Part shown: positions 33,761 to 46,139 of the stretch, piece by piece | Layout of the letters: each line of letters begins with the position of its first letter | Position numbering within the stretch: the first letter of the stretch is position 1 | NCBI RefSeq assembly: GCF_030028105.1 | Contig: NC_092379.1 | Span: 26,467,821 to 26,531,820, forward strand | Origin: Mobula birostris | Lineage: Eukaryota | DNA: 64,000 bases | Reading direction: 5' to 3' | Position numbers and translations under genes: made by a program | The notes under the pieces: generated by a model | The model's database searches: none | Told to the model about the DNA's origin: nothing | Seen by the model: only the letters and a program-made list of their open reading frames with translations

Positions 33761-36700
33761 CGAGGATGTATTCTCCGTTAGGACCAACCGGAGTAGTTTA
33801 AACCCGCGGATAAATTTCTGAAATTATATTTATATATGTAGAGAGCGAACGTTGTAGCTGACTATATCAGCACTGAACGTGCATCTGTTGTTTTTCTGAA
33901 ACCAGAGAGCTCGAGTCTTTTTTTTTCCAATGTATTCCTGTTTTGCCTTGGCTTGGCTTCATGGTCTTATCTCGCGCTCTGATCCTTTTTCAATAGAAAT
34001 CGTAATAATTAAAAAAAAAAACAACAACAACAAACAGGAAATTGAACTGACCCTGAATGAGGCCCAGCCATGTGGCCAGGAATTGCACAGAACACCGCGT
34101 GTGGGAAGTGGGTTTGAGGAATCGTGATTAAGTTGGTACTCCAATTTGAGAATTTCTCCTACGTCTGTCAGATCTAGCGTATCCGGGAAAACAATTTCTG
34201 GTGCCTCTAATATCCATCATCGAGATATGATTCGAGAAGTTGGTGGTTACAGCACATATTCACACCAGTACGCATACAACCTCTATCCATCCCATCTCTC
34301 AAAAAATGAAACTGTGCTAGTGCAGATGGCATCTCGCATCTGGACAATATGGATAGCAATGTTTCGGACAATTGATTCTTTACTATAGCTTGCCGTGATC
34401 TGCCTCAATTCTGAACACCAGTGTCTTTATGCAGATAGAATTTATCTTCAAACTCTGCTAGCTTCCTTCCCAGAAAAAAAAAATCTGCTGACCACAATCA
34501 TAAACAAAAACGATAGTTAAGAACACTTCCTGATCTTATTCGCCATCGATCGCCTACAGTCATACAGTCTCAGTCTTTTTCTATATTCCTGGACTTTGCA
34601 CTTCCAGATCAATTCCTATTTCAACTCTATTAGCAAGTTTGTTGATGTCGCTAACTTATTTGTCCCAATCTCAAGCGTCCAAGACGGAGGACATGATTGC
34701 GATAGTAAACAAACTGCAGACAGTCAAGATAAAAATCTGTTCCTTAAAATTAGCAAAATAAGAGTCTGATCAGCGGCAAAGACCAATATTTCGATAGAGC
34801 GCTCGCGAGCTCGTGATTACTTCGACTTCCAATAGTTCACAGTTTCATTCTCGACCGATGTTGCAGTTTCAGCCATCCCGGAGATCTGAAGGGTAATAGA
34901 AAATTTTGGACAAAACCGCGGCAATTCAGATTCATACTTTCCCAGGAAAATATCGAGTTAGTGTGCACTTCTCTTGTCAATACATGAGCGAAAGGAAACA
35001 TAATAGTGTAAGACCATAATGGGGACTGAAAGTACCAGTCTAATAGCTGAGCTATGATGGAGACTCCATTTTCGAACGTAGCGCACTTGCTAAATAGAAA
35101 AGAAAACAAGATACAAAGACACAAAGAGTTCAATAGATGGATCTATAGATGGAGGAAAAAACAGACGGCGAGGGAAAGAGAGAGAGAGAGAGAGATTTGG
35201 AGCCCGTGGGTAAATGCAAACATGTTGATGGGGGGGTGTGATGCATCATGTTGATATTCTCTGTGTTACTTTCAGACTTATTTTACAATGCTGTGCTGCC
35301 ACGTTTGCACTGAACAGGAGGTGTTTTTTTTTTTTTTTTTTTCCGTTTCCGCTCATTCTCACCAGTATCAGTATTAAGAGAAAACATGTTCACAGGATTG
35401 GTGAACTGAATAGAAACACTGATTACGAATAAGCACATTAAGCAGCAGTTTGCAGAAAAATAAAATAATCATTCGAATGAAATTCGACGTCAAATAGATA
35501 CTCATCGACGCCAGCCTATGTTACGAAACGCTAAGACACTGAGCATTTTTAACAATCGAAAGTCAATAGGTACTTCATTAAATTTCATCAATTTACAATA
35601 TGAAAACGAAACATTGAACAGAAGCCAGGCTGAGTGTACACATGCGTCAATGTTCTGTTTGCATAATCTATTGGCAGCATACTTCCCAAAAGGTTCTTCA
35701 GCACTGATCGCAATCTCCCTGTGTAAAAAAAAAAGAGGTACTTTATATAAACGGAAAACTGGTTAATCAATCGGACCTGCTATTCATACAGGGCAATGGC
35801 GTCTGTAACGGCGCATTTCTGTCGCCGCACGCATGGAAACCAATAACATAAAGCTCCGGCAACTTTCGAGTGGGCAAACTGGGGACCGGCGTGGCGGTAG
35901 CCACTATTGACTGGCAAGTAAACTATTATTTCACAATACGAGATACACGACACCATGAAATTTCACTCCTTCAGATTTTTAAGAACACTGCCTTCACCCG
36001 AGAAGAGTACATATAAAGCAGAAAAAGAACAAACCCTAGTTCGACGAACCAACTAGTTACCCGCTGTGTACAACAATAGTCCACCATCATCTTAACAGCC
36101 GAAAAGACGATCAGACTTCTCCGGAGTGCAATAGTTGTGGAACTGTTCTCCCTCTTAATCCTATCGAACCAATGTCGGATACAATCACACGTCACATATG
36201 TACTGTACCCCAAATCTTCAGAAATGAAGGTACACGATTTTTGAGCAATAGCAACAAAAGTTGCAATTTTAATTGCGAGCTGTTAATTTGTTGCAAGCTA
36301 TATCAGTTCCTGATACCCGCTGGTCGCACCATACACAGAAAAGATTGTGCAAAGCAATTCTGCCTCTGTGACAGTCCGCTTACTGCGCCGATTAACATGG
36401 TCAGGGACCTCATCCAGGATCATCACCATCAGGGAGGAAAGTATGGAGAACCTGAAAAGCCCAGTCATCAGACTCCCCACCTCGACCTCACCGGTTTACT
36501 CCAAAGGAAAGCGAAGTAATACATTTTGCACCAGGTAGGCTACACGTCAGCTGGAAGGATGTTTAATAAAGTCCATCTGCTATTGGCGCTCCATATGCCG
36601 GTGGACCTGCGTGTTAAGCGTCTGAGGACGACTATCCTCCCGGTACTCTGTAGATCAGCTTGAGTGTGAAAGGAGTTCGGTTACCTTATGCAACCAGCGG

Positions 36701-37585
36701 CGATAAATGAGGCTTGCTGTTGGAGATACTGGACGTACTGGCAGGGAGGGTCTTACGAATTCAGTTTTCAATTTCGCGAGATTCCTGCCAGCGTTGGAAA
36801 TTAAATGTAAGAGCAACAGGCACTACCCACTACTCTACTGTGCGAGACAGTTCGGTATCAATTATGTGGCACACAAATATATCGCACAACATATCCTTAA
36901 TAGCAGTGGAGGTACCACCTGGTGGAAAGCCACGGGGAAGCCCGGAAGCCGCACATCGAATAGGCACTGTTCAATTAGTAGTGTCTGACTTCAGAGAACC
37001 AATCGTCGTAGCCGCCATCCTCCCACAATCCAGTTTTTGCTCTAATTCATTGCATCCGGCCGACTAGCTGGGCGGGTGATTATTACATCGCCGACACCAG
37101 CAAGGTTTATCTTCATGTATGTCATTTAATCGACGTCTTTAATAATTCATATGGGAATATTGATCGAAAAGTAGATCAAGTGCATGGATAGCATTTAACA
37201 GCCACCATGCACCTCAAAATATCTAGAGATTTCATCTTTTCATACTGTCTATAAACGATGGATTCATTTATTTTCTACTCAACAATCCTTTGCGAAGTTT
37301 CAGGATAGCGTCCTTCTACTGTTTGTATGAGTGAAGCGAAGGGTCCGGTGGTCGACAGCTGAACGGAAAAGCAATGGAAACAGCACGTTGCAAGACCAAC
37401 TGTACCTTACATACACTTGCTAATTTCCAAAATTCTCCCACAAACCACCTGAAAGTGAGGGTTTACCCGTACCACATAACTTACAGATGCGTCTTGTCTT
37501 CTTGTCTACAGCACTAAGCAACTGAGATCTTCATTTCGTAATTTAACGATTTCTTAGTTGATCTCTCTCTCTCTCTCTCTCTCTG

Positions 37586-37617
<32 letters not shown>

Positions 37618-37890
37618 CTCATTTTCCTTGCAACTTTGTAGCTCACAGTATCTCAATTCAACAAACTACTTCTCCGGCTGAGCCGCATATCATTAGGTCA
37701 TTAACACAACGCATTTAGTGAAGACAGATGGAGAATGAAGTCAGTCAACTGATTCCCATTTGAAGACAAGTAAGCTAAACATATTATGTAAATATGACAA
37801 AAATTACACCAGCTCTAATGCAACAGAGAAGCGTCCTCTTTTTCTTCACCAGGCATTCAGTGTAATTAGTAATTCGACTCTTATTGTCAC

Positions 37891-38325
37891 GCTTCTCCGT
37901 GGATTGTCACCTTGTCGTGGTGGAGAAGCTTGTGTGTCCTGTGATCCCGAGAGCAATGCCGTCTGGAGCTATGCTTCTCGTAGTGTCACCCATGGCAGTT
38001 CAGTCGACGGTAAGGTCCCTGTCAAAGAACTATCCAACCAAGAGCTCAAAGGTGGAACAGGCGGAAGAAGTTTCTTCGAACTCAATGGCTGTGAAGGCGG
38101 ATGAAGGCTGCAACACATCTATCAGCTCCAATCGCCGAGGTTTCCATGCCATTGGAATCAGTTGGTTGATTTGCGAAGTATCGTGTGCAGCCTGGAGAGC
38201 AACATCACGTACGTGTTAAAATAATACACGCACAGGCGTCTTCACTCTGTCGGCCACTTCTTCAGAACGAAGACCATCATCCTCGACCTCGAGGGATAGC
38301 CAAGACGACTATTGTCGCATATACC
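37891..38325 (+). mobile_element. RTE-derived non-autonomous element (about 430 bp)
   Basis: The 5' end GTCACCTTGTCGTGGTGGAG...GTCACCCATGGC matches the characteristic fish RTE (Rex3/Expander-type) 5' end as remembered. No ORF. Confidence 0.6.
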
Positions 38326-38519
38326 GAATGACTGTGTAAGTATTTTGCTTGCATATTGCATAGGAAATAAGTTCAATTATAAATCCACCACATGTTTAGA
38401 GTTCGTATAAAATACAATTCATCATATAGTATTTGAATAACGGAATTACAGTGCTGCTAGCTCTGTAAATTGCTAAGGGCTATAGACAAAGCACCATCGC
38501 TACAATGCAGTGATATATT

Positions 38520-38750
38520 ACCCTATCTTCCACAATCTGCAAAGAAATCCGACTATCAAACACACCAACATAAATTGAAGTCCCACTCGCCACACACTTC
38601 GCTTAACTCTCACATTCTCCGCTTTTCAAAGGGTGTGCTCTATCCATGATTCTCTGTCCATTCGCCCCTCGCCAATGATTTCCCTGCATTAATACAAGCG
38701 GAAGGATGCAACTGCTACACATTTACCACCTCCGTCACCACTACGCAGGA
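38520..38750 (+). mobile_element. Penelope-like fragment
   Basis: Homologous to 5420-5640. Confidence 0.5.
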
Positions 38751-39126
38751 CAAAAAAAAACAAAAAAAAAAACTCCCCTCATCATGATCTAACAGTTTAC
38801 ATTAAAACATATGTTGGTTCCAATCCACATTATGGAAAAGTGAGAAGAGAGACTTTTCTTTTTTTTTTTTTTTGTAATTATTATTTGCTTGTTAAACACG
38901 GAAGAGTTTGAAGGCATGCTTCGAGGTACTCCCTCTCCCACTCCAATTTTCAGGAGTGATCAGAGAGATTTATAGGAAAACCAATATTTATAACACAGAT
39001 GCATGCGGAACATCCACACCTGGAATGTCTTTTTTTTATTGTTCCGTGTTTAGAGTGGAATTTTGACTCATCCGTTCTCGGCCAGATCAGGATTGAATTC
39101 AGAAAATGTTGTACTATGTTACTCAT

Positions 39127-39540
39127 TACATTACGTTAGATTATGAGGACACGCAGTCCCCTTTTATTGTCATTTAGTAATGCGTGCATTAAGAAATGAT
39201 ACAATGTTTCTCCAGAATGATATCACAGAAACACATGATAAACCGACTGAAAAACTGACAAAAACCTCATAATTATAACATATAGTTACAACAGGTCAAA
39301 GCAATACCGCAATTTGATAAAGAACAGACCACGGCATGGTAAAAGAGTCTGAGAGTCTCTCGAAAGCCCGATCATCTTTCGCAGACTGTGAACTTCCAGC
39401 GCCGCAAATTGCCGATGCAGCATCCTGGAAGCACCCGACCACAGTCCAACTCCGAGTCCTTCCGAAAACTCCGAGCCTACGACCAGCTCTCGGACACTGA
39501 GAAACGAGCACCATCAGTGCCGAGCGCTTCGACCCCGGAC
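39127..39540 (-). mobile_element. Unclassified SINE-like repeat, copy 3 (5'-truncated)
   Basis: Reverse complement of the 25645-26225 family. Confidence 0.7.
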
Positions 39541-41337
39541 CAGAAGTCGTGATACATGTTGGGACCAACGACATAGGCAGGAAGAAGGATGAAGTCCTGA
39601 ATTGTGAGTTTCGGGAACTAGGCAGAGGGCTGAAGAACAGGACCCCAAGGGTGGGGTTCTCAGTATTGTTGCCAGTGCTGCGTGACAGTGATGATAAGAA
39701 TTGGAGGAGATGGCAGTTGAATGCGTGGCTGCGGACTTGGTGCAGAGAGCAGGGTTCTTAGATTTTTAGATCATTGGGATCTCTTCTGGGGAAGGTGGGA
39801 CCGGTACTGATTAGATGGGTTGCACCTGAACTCGAGGGGGAACAATATCCTTGCAGGTAGGTTTGCTAGCATGGTTCGGGAGGGTTTAAAATAATTTGCC
39901 AGGGGGGTGGGATCCAGAGCAATACAGCAGTGAAAGAAGTGCACGGAGTAAAACCAGATCTCGCATGCAGAGAGGCGTTGATGAAAGAGAAGCAGAATAA
40001 ACGGTGTAAAGTCAGTCAGATAGAAGGGTTACAATATGTGTACCTGAATGTAGGAAGCATCAGGAACAAAGATGATGAACTGACAGCTTGGATACATACA
40101 TGGAATTATGATGTAGTGGCCATTACAGAGACTTGGCAGGCAGCAGGGCAGGAATGGATTCTCAATTTTCCTGGATTTCAGTACTTTAAAAGGGATAGAG
40201 AGGGCGGAAAAAGGGGACAGGCATACAATTACAGCTACAGAAAGGGTGGGCAATGTAGCAGGATCCGCTTTTGAGTAAATCTGGGTGGAAGTCAGGAACA
40301 GGAAGGGAGCAGTTACTCTATTAATGGTGTTCTATAGGTGGCCTGGTTGCAACAAAGATACAGAGGAGCAGATTGGGAGGCAGATTTTGGGAAGGTGCGA
40401 AAATAACAGGGTTGTTATCATGGGTGACTTTAACTTCCCTAATATTGATTGGCACCTGATTAATTCCAAGGGTTCAGATGGGGCAGAGTTTGTTAAGTGT
40501 GTCCAGGACGGATTACCGTCATAGTATGTGGACAGGCCAACCGGTGGCAATGTCATATTAGATCTAGTACTAGGTAATGAACCGGGTCAGATCACAGATC
40601 TCTCAGTGGTTGAGCTTCTGGGGGACAGTGACCGCCTCTCCCTGGCCTTTAGTATTATCATCGAAAAGGATAGAATCAGAGAGGACAGGATTTTTTTTTG
40701 TGTTATTTTTAATTGGGGAAAGGCAAATTGTGAGGCTATTAGGCTAGAACTTGCGGGTGTGAATTGGGATGATGTTTTTTTTTTTTTTTTTTTTGCAGGG
40801 AAATGTACTATAGACATGTGGACGATATTTACAGATCTCTTGCGGGACGTTAGGGATAAAACTGTCCCGGTGAGGAAGATAAAGAATGGTAGGGTGAAGG
40901 AACCATGGATGACAAGTTAGGTGGAAAATCTTGTCAGGTGGAAGATGGCAGCATACATGAGGTTTAGGAGGCAAGGATCAGATGGGTCTATTGAGGGAAG
41001 CAAGAAAGGATCTTAAGAAGGGGCTGGAAAGAGCAAGAAGGGGGCATGAGAAGGTCTTGGCGAGTAGGGTAAAGGAAAACCCCAAGGCATTCTTCAATTA
41101 TGTAAAGAATAAAAAAACGATGACAGGAGTGAAGGTAGGACCGACTAGAGATAAAGGTGGGAAGATGTGCGTGGAGGCTGTGGAAGTGAGCGAGGTCCTC
41201 AATGAATACTTCTCTTCGGTATTCACCAATGAGAGGGAGCTTGATGATGATGAGGAAAATATGAGTGAGGTTGATGTTCTGGAGCATGTTGATATTAAGG
41301 GAGAGGAGGTGTTGCAGTTGTTAAAATACATTAGGAC
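39541..41337 (+). mobile_element. CR1 LINE fragment (ORF1 end, APE, mid-ORF2)
   Basis: IHVGTND, YLNVGSIRNK, MGDFNFP, ILDLVLGN, KENPKAFFNYVK motifs. Confidence 0.85.
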
Positions 41338-41533
41338 ATGATATGTTCATGCCCAGGAAGATGTGTTCTAAACGCAAGATAACACAGCCGCAGCTAACAA
41401 CAGAAGTCAAAGCCAACACAAAAGCCTAAGAGACGGCATATAATAATGCAAGAATTATTGGAAAACTGGAGGAATAAGAGTTTTTCAAATATCAACAGAA
41501 GACAACCAAATTGGCATTAAGAATGTAAAGGCG

Positions 41534-41760
41534 GGACTGGCTGGTGGGGCAACGACGTCGGCTTCGGACCCAGGAGCGGAGGTTTCGTGGTTCGAAACTA
41601 GCCGAGACCGCTCTCGACTACGCTTTCCATCCGTGCAGGGTTGAGAATCGAAATCGCAACTCGGCCTAGTAAAATGAAGTGAAAATACATCGAATAAGTC
41701 TGTGTGAGGAGTGGCGCGCCCCACAGTCTCAGTCTCTTTCTCTCTTTCTCTCTCACTCAG
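41534..41760 (+). mobile_element. tRNA-derived SINE
   Basis: A-box-like TGGGGCAACG, B-box GGTTCGAAAC (41589-41598), CT-rich tail. Confidence 0.55.
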
Positions 41761-42139
41761 CGCCTTATGAAATTCATCATCACGGACGAATGCACGCACG
41801 GACAAGCAGACGCACACGCACACGCATAGACGCGAACGAAAGCAAACCAGAGAATAATATTAAACAGATTACTAAAAGTTTCTTCCCATAACTAAAGTAT
41901 AATAGAAAGTGTACAATGCGTAGAGGCTTATCCGGCGCTAGTAAACACGGGAGCTATTCTGATTGCTTACATTTGACTGGTAGTGATCCAAAGAGATTGT
42001 GTTTTGACCAGTTGTTTTGACGATAGATGCTAATTACTGTATTTCGAATTAATGGCTTTATAGCAAAGTTTGCAGACGATACGAAGTCTGGAAGAGTGGC
42101 AGGTAATTTTTCAGAAGTTGATTTGCTAAGTGGCATGAT

Positions 42140-43067
42140 CTCCGGGGTGGAGCAGGGTGCGTAGCTGATGCCCCCAAACAGCTCTCATCCGCGTCCACCT
42201 GGCAGGCCACCATGCGCCTCCTCACCAGCAGGGTGTTGGCCCCCTCCAGAAACGAATCACTGCCCGTCTCACCAGGGTCCGTTCACATCAGCATTAACGA
42301 TTCACGACCCTCTGACACCCACACATTGGCCTGCAAGAGCGCCAGTTACACTGACCAATAACCGCCACCTGGACAATTACTGGCACTGCTACGCCAAATC
42401 TCCAGTTCCCTTAAAGTTGTCAAGGATAAATGCACTGCAAGCAATTTAGTTGCCCCCCCCCCCCCCCCAAGCCGGAAAGATGCATTGAAATTTTTCCACC
42501 GATCACCTGACACCGGTATGGAGGTGTTGTTTGTCACTTCCAGTCGAATGAAATGCAATTCCCCACGCTTTCAGATAGCTGGCAGCTCTCACTACAGGGT
42601 AATTGACCCTAACAGTTCAACAACCGTCACAAGCCCGGCTGCTCAAACTTTCAACCAATCCCTGCCGCTCTCCCGCAACCGAGCATTGCCACTCATATAA
42701 CAAACTGAGAGATCCGTTCAGCCCACGTCTCGTACGCGTTCGGCCCATCCCACCTGATAGTATGGCCTCAACCGGGGCACCAATACAGAATGCCAATCCC
42801 ACCTCTCTGAAGCAAGGTCCGGGCCCGCCATTTTATCAAACTTTTGAGCGATGGTTTCAACTTCGCCAGCAGCAGAAACCAGACTCAAAAATCGAATTAG
42901 CAATTCATCCAGGATTGGAATATTCACCTCACCTAGCCCGTTACTCACCGCAGTCCCACAGAGGCAGACATCACTAACCGCAATCCCACAGGGACACACC
43001 AGCACCGATTTCAATAGGGCAATCATACAGCACCCCACTGAATCAAATCCACGGAGGAAGCCGCAAC
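42140..43067 (-). mobile_element. Gypsy internal region copy A (PBS, PNMA-like gag, part of protease region), truncated
   Basis: Degenerate tRNA-Pro PBS (minus TGCGGCTTCCTCCGTGGATTTGA, 43043-43065) next to the LTR. 42160-42720 is homologous to 45260-46030. Confidence 0.7.
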
Positions 43068-43673
43068 TGTAACACTCGCTTTGCCAAGTGCCGTGATCTC
43101 GGGGATAGCGCCCGTGCCCGACCAAACCTTAGCACTCTTGTTTGGCTGGATGCTGGGTGTTGTGTCCCCTGTGTAACATCAGTACCCCAAAATAACGTTC
43201 AGACCACAATGTGTGGTTAAACGATTAAGATTTTATATTTATGTATGTAGTTAAGAGAGAAAGAAAAGAAAAAGGAAAACAAATAAAAGGCACCAATAAA
43301 CTCATAAACCTGTCCAGTGCACAAACATTGGAGCTCACGGATTTCCTTTCGCTGATCCTCCTTCACTAGCAGTCGATCCAGGGCTTCCGCCCCGAGCCCA
43401 GTCCCAGCGGGTCCGGCACCCGTCTCCTCAATCAACCTTTCCTCTCTTCATCCTGTTCGCTCCTCCTCCCCCAAGCACGCGCAAGCTAACAGCTTTCACA
43501 CAAACAGAAATAATAACATCTATTCCAATTCGTTAGCAAACGAATGCGAGTCCCCTTATCACTAATTATAATCCAAACATGCTGCTACAGAGAACATTAC
43601 CTCATCAGTTAAAGTTACAGATAAACCATTTTATTAGCCTTAGCAAATAACATGAAAGGGGAAACCCCTTACA
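43068..43673 (-). mobile_element. Gypsy LTR (about 606 bp) shared by two internal regions
   Basis: TGTAA...TTACA termini. PBS on the low side, purine tract (minus GGGTAGCTGGAGAG, 43674-43687) on the high side. Confidence 0.65.
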
Positions 43674-46130
43674 CTCTCCAGCTACCCAATTTAGTGATGT
43701 CCTCATGACTTCTGAATAACTCCCGACCCCTTCCTGCAGACAAAAAAAGAACATTCCAGTTACAGAACAGTGACATTGCTTCCCAAAGAGTAGATCTAAC
43801 GCCCTTTTTCTCATGTACTACTTAGGCCAACCTCTTTGGGAGTTTCCTAATCCTCCGAGACCTCCGTACCCCCTCACCTACACCCTTCAGACTCGGACAC
43901 TACTGGGAGTACCTTGGGTAGGCTTGCCAAATCCTCTCTCAATCTCTCACTCATGCCTCACACTGCAACTCGGAGCTCCCTGTCCCGTGTCCAGGGCCCC
44001 TCGTCTTTTCCTTCAGGGTCCTGCTATAACCGGGCTGCCCAGAGACACCTCTCCTCACTATCCCTGACTCAGTGGGAGAAGGGGCAAATATCTCTTCACG
44101 ATGTGGGCATGTACCAAATATCCAGCACATCATCCTTCTAATACTTATTCTTCCTCATTTTCTAGATTGGTAGCTGCTGGTTGATTTTCTTTCAACTGAA
44201 GCATTTAGCCTGGGCGGCCTCTGCAGCCACTTCAGCCTCCTGCAAACGAGACGTCAGCTTCTTCTTTCACTCCTCTGCCTCCACCCGCAGACGCAGAAGT
44301 TCGGACTCACGCTTCGTGTTCATCTCCATCTAGGACACAATAACACCACGAGCTCCTTCTAATCTGTTCTGGGTCGATTTCTTGAGTTGGTCATTGTTTC
44401 GTCTCTCTGGTTTAATTCATCAGTAAATGGCCGCAGTTTCGGCTCGGAATTCCGTTTCCCCGCCTCCACTGCGACGAGCGTGGACTCAAATTGTTCAATG
44501 GTTGTCAAAAATTGCAGCACTCAGTCTCCTGCATTTCTGAGCGTTCGGATGAGCGGTGCAAATGTCCTCACTCAGAAGCTGCGTCCTTCTTCAGAAATGA
44601 CACTGGTCCAAAGAAAAGTTTACTTCGTTAATCCCTAGTCGCCCAGGATCCCTTAGTCGCTTCGCTTTATAGTCTTCCAAGGCCAATCCCAATGCTAGGA
44701 TATCATCCAAATACAGCAAAATTCCAAACACCTCCACGCCCCACATGGTCTTCCTCATGCCCCGCGGGAAGGTTGCAGGAGCTCCGGATATGCCCTTTGG
44801 CATACTTTCGGACCGGAAGAATCCTACGGGATCTATAACGGCTATCTTCATGTCGGCCTTCATCTTCACTTGTTGGCCTCACTCATCGGGGTCTGGCAAC
44901 ATCCACTCCTCAAATCCAGCACATTACACCACGTCGCACCGCTGAGACAGACCGTAGCGTCTTCGGTCCTTAGGACCGTATACTGGTCAATAACAGTGCT
45001 CCTGTTCAGAGTCCTAGAATCCACATACACGCTGCATACGATTTCCACGGCAGCAGGGGCCTGTCGCAGTAGCCTCTCTCTCACTGAACTATCTTCAGCG
45101 TCAACTCTTCTCCCTGTGGTATATCGGAGCTTCTACAAAGTGGGTCTCACCCTCAGATACTTCCCCCGTGCTGAAAAGCCACCGGCTCTCGTTTAAATTT
45201 GGTACCGGCCCAGTGCTGCTATGCACGTCCCCACAAGGAGGTCGAAACACTGGGTGCACAGAAAATTCCCCAAACAGCTCTCACCCGCCTCCACCAGGCA
45301 GGCCCCCATGCGCCTCCTCACCAGCAGGGTGTTGGTCCCCTCCAGAAGCCAAACACTACCGTCGCACCAGGGTCTGTTCACATCAGCATTAACGATTCAC
45401 GACCCTCTGACACACATGCATTGGTCTCCAAGAGTTCCAGTTTCACTGACCAATACCCGTATTTTGGATAATCACTGGCACTAGTACCCCAAATCTCTTG
45501 TGCCCACGAACTGTACAACAACTTGATCTGCGCCCCAGTGTCAAGGATGGCTTTAGCATAGCTTCCATCTATCCAGAACGACACCGGTGTGGGTGGTCCC
45601 TCTAAGCCTTCAGGAATAGGGTCTTTTCCTTTCGGAAGTTACTTGCTACATTGCTGGGAACATGTTCCCCCAGAGTCCCCAAGCCGTTCCCCCACTGGGC
45701 CTCTATTAAGTTTCCCAACACCTCTCTGATCAGCTGAACAACTGAGTGAGGGGCTGATCACTTTAAAGGATCCTCCTGGCACAGCAAGCAATGTACCTGC
45801 TCCCCCTACCCTCCAGCCGGAGAGATACACTAAAAACTTTCACCAATCTCCTGACACCGGTATGCAGGTGCTGTATGTTACTTCCAGTCGAATCAAATGC
45901 ATGCTTCCACGCTCTGAGATAGCTGGCAGCTGTCACTACGGGGTAACTGACACTGACAGTTCTAACACCGTCACAAAGCCCGCCTACTCAAACTTTCAAC
46001 CAATCCCTGCCTTTTGCCCGCTGCCACTCATATAACACCACCAAAAATATGTGGATAAATGGGTACCGGGAAAAATAATGCTGGTAATCAACCTCGCGAT
46101 AGACTGGCGTTTCATCCAAGGGAGGAGGTG
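43674..46130 (-). mobile_element. Gypsy internal region copy B (gag end, protease, RT, pol tail), deleted and degenerate
   Basis: Protease AILDTGAQ (ORF 45378-45584). RT LLYLDDIL..SLDQCHF (ORF 44591-44869). Acidic pol tail DDVLDIWYM near 44110-44135. Confidence 0.85.
44171..44365 (-). pseudogene. Sarcomeric myosin heavy chain tail-like fragment (65 codons, 3 stops) inside Gypsy pol
   Basis: RLEGARGVIVS*MEMNTKRESELLRLRVEAEE*KKKLTSRLQEAEVAAEAAQAKCFS*KKINQQL aligns without gaps to two MYH rod segments recalled from memory: RLEEAGGATSxQIEMNKKREAEFQKMRR and [35 protein letters not shown]. Confidence 0.75.
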
Positions 46131-46139
46131 TAGTCTCGT

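Noticed and set aside
34837-35133. DWYFQSP after a strong acceptor-like tract on the minus strand
   Set aside because: The acceptor-to-Trp distance is far too short for a V exon, with no second YYC and no RSS. An unrelated exon cannot be supported either.
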